From positions 3,968,001-4,032,000 of the forward strand of contig NC_043024.1 of NCBI RefSeq assembly GCF_006345805.1: DNA of 64,000 bases. Direction: 5' to 3'. Positions 42,901 to 53,157 of the stretch are shown piece after piece. Every line of letters begins with the position of its first letter. Position 1 is the stretch's first letter. A program made the translations under genes and the position numbers. The stretch comes from Octopus sinensis (lineage: Eukaryota). The notes below the pieces were generated by a model. The model was not told the DNA's origin. It saw only the letters and a program-made list of their open reading frames with translations, and made no database searches.

Positions 42901-43586
42901 CTTAATCCGTGTGTCTGTCCTTGTGTGTTCCCTCTGTGTTTAGCCCCTTGTGGGTAGTAAAGAAATAGGTATTTCATCTGCTGTTACGTTCTGAGTTCAA
43001 ATTCTGCCGAGGTCGACTTTGCCTTTCATCCTTTCGGGGTCGATTAAATAAGTACCAGTTACGCACTGGAGTCGATGTAATCGACTTAATCTGTGTGTGT
43101 ATCCTTGTGTGTTCCCTCTGTGTTTAGCCCCTTGTGGGTAATAAAGAAATAGGTATTAATACAAACCAATCTTTAACTTCATGTAGATATTAAAGCTAGC
43201 TGTTTCGGTTAAAAGAAATCTTTGTTCAAAAATAAACCCTTGACATGACGTTCCAAGAATACAAAGTCAGTATTTATGGAGCTTTTCTTTTTTTTACGAG
43301 TACCACTGGATTAGTAGATCCGTATATTGTGACTTATATATATGTATATATATATATGTGTGTATATGTATGTGTGTATGTATGTATGTATGTGTGTATG
43401 TATGTGTGTATATATATATATCATCATCATCATTTAGCGTCCGCTTTCCATGCTAGCATGGGTTGGACGGGTCAACTGGGGTCTGTGAAGCTGGAAGGCT
43501 TCGTCAGGCCCAGTCAGTGTTTCTACGGCTGGATGCCCTTCCTAACGCCAACCACTCCGCGAGTGTAGTGGGTGTTTTTTACATGC

Positions 43587-43630
<44 letters not shown>

Positions 43631-43980
43631 GTATGTATATGTGTGTATATATGTATGTGTGTGTATATATGTATGTGTGTATATATGTATGTGTGTATAT
43701 GTATGTGTGTATATATATGTGTGTGTGTATATATGTATGTGTATATATATATATATTGGGTTGGTGCATAATTGTGGATTTTTTTAATACAAATTTTTAT
43801 TCAACAATAACAATATGTAACAAAAACGTCTTTAAATGACGGTCTGTCCGCCTCCCAAGCAAATGGGAAGCAGCAATTGAAGTAGATGGTGAATATGCTC
43901 CAGAATAATCATTTAAACTTGTTTTTTATTATGTGTTATTATTTTTGTTGAGAAAAAGCCACAATAATCATACACCAACC

Positions 43981-44025
<45 letters not shown>

Positions 44026-45409
44026 GAAATGAGGTACTCAGAAATCCGGTTGGTTTTATATTTACAGATATTTATTTGTATATTACATGTTTTTATACAT
44101 CATATATGATACATATATACGATGTATAAAAACATGTAATATACAAATAAATATCTGTAAATATAAAACCAACCGGATTTCTGAGTACCTCATTTCTTCT
44201 ATCTATATATATATATATAGAAGAAATGAGGTACTCAGAAATCCGGTTGGTTTTACATTTACAGATATTTATTTGTATATTACATGTTTTTATACATCAT
44301 ATATGATACATATATACGATGTATAAAAACATGTAATATACAAATAAATATCTGTAAATATAAAACCATATACATACGTGTGTGTATGTATATATACACA
44401 TGCATACGTGTGTGTATGTATATATACACATGCATACATGTGTGTGTATACATATATATATATATATACATGTGTGTGTGTATATATATATATATATATA
44501 CACATGCATACATGTGTGTGTGTGTGTGTGTATATATATATACACATGCATACATGTGTGTGTGTGTGTGTATATATATATATACACACACGCGCGCGCA
44601 TACATGTGTGTGTATATATATATATACACATATATATGCAGGAGTGGCTGTGTGGTAAGTAGCTTGCTAACCAACCACATGGTTCCGGGTTCAGTCCCAC
44701 TGCATGGCACCTTGGGCAAGTGTCTTCTGCTATAGCCCCGGGCCGACCAATGCCTTGTGAGTTGATTTGGTTGACGGAAACTGAAAGAAGCCTGTCGTAT
44801 ATATGTATATATATATATATGTATGTGTGTGTGTATGTGTGTTTGTTCCCCTAGCATTGCTTGACAACCGATGCTGGTGTGTTTATGTCCCCGTCACTTA
44901 GCGGTTTGGCAAAAAGAGACCGATAGAATAAATACTGGGCTTACAAAAAGAATAAGTCCCGGGGTCGAGTTGCTCGACTAAAGGCGGTGCTCCAGCATGG
45001 CCACAGTCAAATGACTGAAACAAGTAAAAGAGTAAAAAGAGTATACATGTGTGTGTATATATATACATATATACACGTGTGTGTGTGTGTGTATATATAT
45101 AAAATATAAATTATAAATAACAAATAAAATAGATTTTTATAAAACATATAACTATATCACAAAAATTATAAATGTGAATAATCAATATATAATAAGTAAA
45201 AAAAACTACATACATTTTATGGCTATAATTAAATTTGAATTACAATTAAATTTAATTGAAATGAATTCAGTTTAAAATTATAGTCAATCTTCAGGTTAAG
45301 AATAATAGTTAAATAAATAAGCAAATAGAGTTAAACAATATTTATTTAAAAAATAAATAAAATAATTTTTCTTATAGAAGAAACTCCATTAACTAAAAGT
45401 AGAGTAAAT

Positions 45410-45440
<31 letters not shown>

Positions 45441-45470
45441 CACACACACACACATGTGTATATGTATGTT

Positions 45471-45501
<31 letters not shown>

Positions 45502-48500
45502 ATTTGTGTGTGTATATATTTATGTGTGTGCATATATATATATGTGTGTGCATATATATTTATGTGTGTGTCTTGGTGTCTGTGTTTGTCCCCCCACCAA
45601 TGCTTGATGACCAATGTTGGTGTGTTTACATCCCCTGTAACTTAGCAGTTTGGTAAAAGAGACCGATAGGATAATTACTAGGCTTACAAAGAATAAGTCC
45701 TGGAGTCGATTTTGTTCAACTCAAACCCTTCAAGGCAGTGCTCCAACATGGCCACAGCCAAATAACTGAAACAAGTAAAAGAATAAAAGAATATTCTATG
45801 GCCTCTCAAAATGATATTTCAATATGTTATTAATCCCCCAAAACAGGTTGTTTACAACTTTGGTGGTCACACCAGCGACTGACAAGAACAAGTTCTTAAT
45901 GTGTTTATTGCAGGCATGAATGGTTAGTTATTTGCTGACATCATCAATCAGTGACAAGATCCGGTTTGTTGTTTACGGTTATTTTCATGTCTGAACACAG
46001 TGATTTCGGGTTCAGATCCCAGGCAGTAAATTGGGTTTGGTTACTCTGGCAATACCCTTCCTACGATTTCATTTGTTCAGTGTACTCATGGGTGAGTTTC
46101 TTTAGCGATGAAAGAACAAGTGCCTCATTCATTTGCCTGATTTTTCTCTGTAAAACATTAATTGCAATGTATACATAATGTAGCTATAATTCATATGGTT
46201 GTTATCTTTTATTGACTGACATATTTTTGACAAAAAAAAACAACAAATCAGTTAATTTATATATCAACAAATTGATAAGGAAAATATCTTCTATCACACA
46301 TACATACACACACCTCATATATATACATTTATGCATATACGAGTATGTATGTGTGTATATATATATGCATACACACACACATATATATATGGATGCATAT
46401 ACATGTATGTATGTATATACACATAAGAGTATATATGTATTTGTCTCTTCTATTTTTTAATTATTATAAATCTTCCACTGAGGAGGGAACCTGTTTCCAA
46501 CAAAGATACAAAGCTCCATCTCTGGGATGTAGTTAACACAAATTCACATTTGGAACTTGAGAAAAGTCTTACATATTTTAACTGTTCCACTCACAGATTG
46601 TAATGTACGGATTAGCCGGTCGATTTCTCTTTTCGAAAATCCCAGTTTATCCAGATTCTCCTTTAAGCATTTACTAACAAAACCTGGTGCTCCAATTATT
46701 TTTGGTATGAATATGAATTCGTAGTCTGGATATAGAAGCTGGAGGTTTCAAAGCAGTTGTCCTTAGATATCTTTTTTTACTTTGATTTTCAAAGAGATAT
46801 TTATATCTATAGGGCAGCTATGAATGTATGTATGTATATACATATATATATCATGGCACTCCGTCGATCACAACGACAAAGGTTCCAGGTGATCTGATCA
46901 ACTGAACAACCTGCTCGAGAAATTAACGTGCAAGTGGTTGAGTATTCCACGGACATGTGTACCCTTAATGTAGTTCTCGGGGGTGATTCAGCGTGACATA
47001 AAATGTGACAAGGCTGGCCCCTTTCAAATACAGGTACAACAGAAACAGGAAGAAAGAGCGAGAGAAAGTTGTGGTGAAAGAATCCAGCAGAGTTCGCCAC
47101 CACCCCCTGCTGGAGCCTCGTGGAGCTTTAGAAGGCTGGAGAGTATATCGGCGGAAACGTTTTGTTAACAACAAACAAGATGAGGACTAATCTCCGTCAA
47201 ATGTAAATAACGAAGAACAGAATAGTCTGAATTCTAAAGGGTTGGATCAGCTATACCCAGCCTGGATATTCTATCTGTTTTTATGTTCAAACCCAGCTGG
47301 ATCTGACCTCCCACACTTACCCAACAATTCTATTCTAGAAAAAAAAATTTCGAAACTTCAAGATAATTCATAATTAATTCAAAACAATTTGAATAAATAA
47401 GCATTACTTTCGACAGAATAATACAACTGCCAAAGGACAAATGCACTAGAAACTTCCACCTGAATATGCACTGTTAAATGTTGGGTGCATCCGATACGCC
47501 CAAGTATGTTTTACGTCAAACATGGTAACTAAATCCAGTTTTTTACAACGAATTGCCCCTGGGTCTTATCTTATTCAGGAAGTTGTGCCTTCCTTAACGT
47601 TTAATGCACCGAAAACTCTTTCTCTGGAATGTGCACAGCTAATCTTAGGGTGTGTCTAGTAAACCCACGCCTTTTGTGTCATTAAAATCAGGGTATATAT
47701 GCATATATATGTGTGTGTGTATAATATAATATATATTACTCTTTTACTTGTTTCTGTCATTTGACTGTGGCCATGCTGGAGCACAGCCTTTAGTCAAGCA
47801 ACTCGACCCCGGGACTTATTCTTTGTAAGCCCAGTACTTATTCTATCACTCTCTTTTGCCGAACCGCTAAGTGATGGAGACATAAACACACCAGCATTGG
47901 TTGTCAAGCAATGCTAGGGGGACAAACACAGGCACACAAACATACACGCACATATATATATATACATATATATGACGGGCTTCTTTCAGTTTCCGTCTAC
48001 CAAATCACTCACAAGGCTTTGGTCGGCCCGGGGCTATAGTAGAAGACACTTACCCAAGGTGCCACGCAATGGGACTGAACCCGGAACCATGTGGTTGGTA
48101 AGCGAGCTACTTACCACACAGCCACTCCTGCGCCTATATGCATATATACATACATATATGTGTATATACATATGCATATATGGCTACAGGATGTCAAAAA
48201 ATGTAAATATGAAAAACAAGAATATGAAATACGGAAACATGAAAAATAAACCTTTTTTGTGAACAACGAAAGAAACAAATGGGAAAGTGAGACAAGCAAC
48301 ATAAAAAACAATCCCTTCAGCACTTGTCACCTGTTTTATCTTATCTGCATTTCAATATAAATATATATATATATACGGAGATGTACTTGCATAGCAAGTG
48401 ACCTGATCTGAGATCGTGTGCTGGAACGAAAGCAATTGCAGTGTGGAAGGTGTTTATAAGCCATTTAAGAAACACACAAAAACCACTAGATTCACTTCAA

Positions 48501-49551
48501 CATTTAAATATAATTTGTCAAAATATTTTCATTGCTTTGAGACCACGACCTGTTCATGAAGCTTTGTCAGTAAACAGATCGTGGTCTCAAAGCAATGAAA
48601 ATATTTTGACAAATTAAATTTAAATGTTGAAGTGAATCTAGTGGTTTTTGTGTGTTTCTTAAATGGCTTATAAACACCTTCCACACTGCAATTGCTTTCG
48701 TTCCAGCACACGATCTCAGATCAAGTCACTTGCTATGCAAGTACATCTCCGTATATATATATATGTTTTTTGTAAATTCCAACTATATACATACATACTC
48801 ATCATTTAACGTCCACTTCCATGCTGGCATGGGTTGGATGGTTTGACTGAGGACTGGCAAGCCAGCCGCTGCATCAGGCTCCAGTCTGATCTGGCAAGGT
48901 TTCTACAGTTTGATGCCCTTCCTAACACCAACCACTCCAAGAGTGTAGTGGGTGCTTTTTAAGTGTCACTGACATGGGAGCCAGTGAAGGAGCACTGGTA
49001 TTGGCCACATTCGGATGGTGCTTTTTTCATTCCACCGGCATGGGAGCCAGTCAGGTAGACCTGCCGTCGACGACATTAGGGGCCACTGGCAACAGCTACG
49101 ATTTTGTTATACTTGACTCAACTAGTCTTCTCAAGCCTATATCGCCCAACGCATCAAGCATACTTTTAAGTGAACTGGACATGCAATACTGGCATCAGCC
49201 ATGGTTGCGATCTCATTTTAGCTGCCAGGTCTTCTCAATCACAGCATATCTCCACACATACATATATACACATATATATATATATATACACACACACGTG
49301 CACACACAAGCCTGTACGCACATGCACACACACATACATACTACATATACTCTTTTACTTGTTTCAGTCATTTGACTGCGGCCGTGCTGGAGCACCGCCT
49401 TTAGTCGAGCAAATCGACCCCGGGACTTATTCTTTTGTAAGCCCAGTACTTATTCTATCGGTCTCTTTTGCCGAACTGCCAAGTAACGGGGACATAAACA
49501 CACCAGCATCGGTTGTCAAGCAATGCTAGGGGGACAAACAGACATACAAAC

Positions 49552-49582
<31 letters not shown>

Positions 49583-50271
49583 TACAACGGGCTTCTTTCA
49601 GTTTCCGTCTACCAAATCCACTCACAAGGCATTGGTCGGCCCGGGGCTATAGCAGAAGACACTTGCCCAAGATGCCACGCAGTGGGTCTGAACCCGGAAC
49701 CATGTGGTTGGTAAGCAAGCTACTTACCACACAGCCAACATACACTTATGATATACAATAGGGTCCTGAAAAGTTCCTGGCTTTAAGGGTGTCGTGAAAG
49801 GCCTGGTTGGAGGCCCATCCTTGCGAGTTCTTTTACAGAGCTTAGAAAAACTGAAGGACCACTGCAATCTGAGAAGGGAATCTGAGAAGGGAATATGTTG
49901 AATAAAATCATAATTAACTGATTCTGTTGTATTTTCTTTACTCAGAGCCAAGAACTTTTCAGCATCCACTCATATATACGTAAGTGTGTGTGTATGTAGA
50001 GAGAGAGATTTGCTGCCTGTGACTATAGAATGTAACAAAACACTTGATTGAAGTGGTTTCCTTAAGGAATAATGGAATGTGAGGGGCAGAGCGCAATCAG
50101 AGGCAGAGTTGGAGGAGAGAGAGAGAGAGTATGACAGACTCACAGTTTGAATGTGAGTGCTCTTTCTTAGAAAATGATGCAAAAATGTTTCTTGGAAATT
50201 GGCAAAAAATGATTCAAGGCTTAGAATAAAAAGATAAAGCAATTTTGGCAACAGTGAAAATGGTGTGTGTG

Positions 50272-50306
<35 letters not shown>

Positions 50307-50628
50307 ACAGGCTAAAATGTAGAAGTGAGCATTATTTTCTTATCTCATTTCTGTCATTTGGACTGTGGCCATGCTGGAGCATTGTCAAAAATGGTTTTTA
50401 ATCAAACAGATTGACACCCCCCTACTGTGTGGCACCTTGGGCAAGTGTCTTCTACTATAGCCTTGGGCCGACCAAAGCCTTGTGAGTGGAGTTGGTAGAT
50501 GGAAACTGAAAGAAGCCTGTCGTGTATATATATATATAGGTGCAAGAGTGGCTGTGTTGTAAGAAGCTTGCTTACCAACCACATGGTTCTGGGTTCAGTC
50601 CCACTGTGTGGCACCTTGGGCAAGTGTC

Positions 50629-50674
<46 letters not shown>

Positions 50675-53126
50675 GATGGGCTTCTTTCAGTTTCCATCTA
50701 CCAACTCCACTCACAAGGCTTTGGTCGGCCCGGGGCTATAGCAGAAGACACTTGCCCAAGATGCCACGCAGTGGGACTGAACCCGGAACCATGTGGTTGG
50801 TAAGCAAGCTACTTACCACACAGCCACTCCTGCACCTATATATATATATATATATATATATATGACGGACTTCTTTCAGTTTCCATCTACCAACTCCACT
50901 CACAAGGCTTTGGTCAGCCCGAGGCTATAGTAGAAGGCACTTGCCCAAGGTATTATGCAGTGGGACTGAACCGGACCATGTGGTTGGTAAGCAAGCTACT
51001 TACCACACAGCCACTCCTGCACCTATATATAATATATATATATATATATACGACGGACTTCTTTCAGTTTCCATCTACCAACTCCACTCACAAGGCTTTG
51101 GTCAGCCCGAGGCTATAGTAGAAGGCACTTGCCCAAGGTATTATGCAGTGGGACTGAACCCGGAACCATGTGGTTGGTAAGCAAGCTACTTACCACACAG
51201 CCACTCCTACGACTATATGGTTTATATTTCTAAAACTGTTTTTGTTAATAAAATGAAAGTGAATATTTTCTTAGAAAAGGAACCGGTACAGGACCTAGAT
51301 ATATAAATACAAAGTTTGTTTTAAATGGAAATGGACTTTGAAATGGGAAAGTACGGCAGGTGTAAAGTACAATGAATTTCATCACTTCCAAACTGTGGCA
51401 GGTGTGAAGCACAATAATTAATCAGTTAACATGAAGTTAATTGTAGTGAAATGAAAGTGAAAGTTAATAATGTTGATGTGTTTACATCCCCGTAATATGT
51501 TGGTTTGGCAAAATGAATGGACAGAATAAGTACCAAGATTATAATTATAAAAAAAAAAGGCACTGGTGTCAGTTTTTTTGGTTAAAATTTCTTGAAGGCA
51601 GTGCCCCTGCATGGCCGCAGTCTCGATAAATTTGTTTGTAGAAGACCAGCAATTTCCCATGCATACCAGCCTCCCGTTTCCACACCACTGATGTTATCCA
51701 AGGCAAAGGTCATGATACAGCTTGGCGCCAGTGACATCACAACTCGTTTCTACAGATGAGAGAACTAGAACAACATGAAATAAAGTGTCTTGCTCAAGAA
51801 CACAACACGCAGCCCGGTCCAGGAATTGAACTCACTATCTCATGATTGTGAGCGCCTAACACTATAACCACTGAGCCATGGGGCCTCACTGAAACTCACT
51901 ACTATAGGTTAATTGTTAATAAGTATTATTATTGTGGGGTCATGCTCAGTAGAAAAAAACTGGATTAAATTAACCGGATACTCTCTACAACGGGCTAATT
52001 TTAATCCAAACGGTCCCTTCTACATAGCGCAGGAGTGGCTGTGTGGTAAGTAGCTTGTTTACCAACCATATGATTCCAGGTTCAGTCCCACTGCGTGGCA
52101 CCTTGGGCAAGTGTCTTCTACTATAGCCTCGGGCCGACCAAAGCCTTGTGGATGGATTTGCTAGACGGAAACTGAAAGAAGCCTGTCGTGTATATATATA
52201 TATATATATAGGTGCAGGAGTGGCTGTGTGGTAAGTAGCTTGCTTACCAACCACATGGTTCTGGGTTCAGTCCCACTGCGTGGTACCTTAGGCAAGTGTC
52301 TTCTGCTATAGCCCCGGGCCGACCAAAGCCTTGTGAGTGGATTTGCTAGACGGAAACTGAAAAGAAGCCCGTCGTATATATATATGCATGTGTGTGTTTG
52401 TGTGTCTGTGTTTGTCCCCCTAGCATTGCTTGACAACCGATGCTGGTGTGTTTATGTCCCCGTCACTTAGCGGTTCGGCAAAAGAGACCCGATAGAATAA
52501 GTACTGGGCTTACAAAAAGAATAAGTCCCGGGGTCGAGTTGCTCGATTAAAGGTGGTGCTCCAGCATGGCCGCAGTCAAATGACTGAAAAGAGTAAAAGA
52601 GTATAGCATGAACCCATAATAATGATAATAATATTTAAACATTATTTGTAGTGTTAAAGGAATTATCATGACAAAGAACCAGCATAGTTTGCCAGTCACA
52701 AAGGAGGTTTTCTCTGAAGTGATTTCTTCTTTTATGTTCAGCTGTTCTACTGACTTACTTTTATATACAGGCGCAGACATGGCTGTGTGGTAAGAAGCTT
52801 GCTTCCCAACCACATGGTTCCGGGTTCAGTCCCACTGCATGCGTGGCACCTTGGGCAAGTGTCTTCTATTATAACGGAAGGTTTACGAAAATAAACAAAA
52901 GACGAAGGCAGGTGGAGTACAAACAAACATATACACATATATACGACAGGCTTCTTTTAGTTTCCGTCTACCAAATCCACTCACAAGGCTTTAGTCGGCC
53001 CGGGGCTATAGCAGAAGACACTTGCCCAAGGTGCCACGCAGTGGGACTGAACCCGGAACCATGTGGTTGGTAAGGAAGCTACTTACCATACAGCCACTCC
53101 TACGCTAATATGTATGTATGTATGTG

Positions 53127-53157
<31 letters not shown>

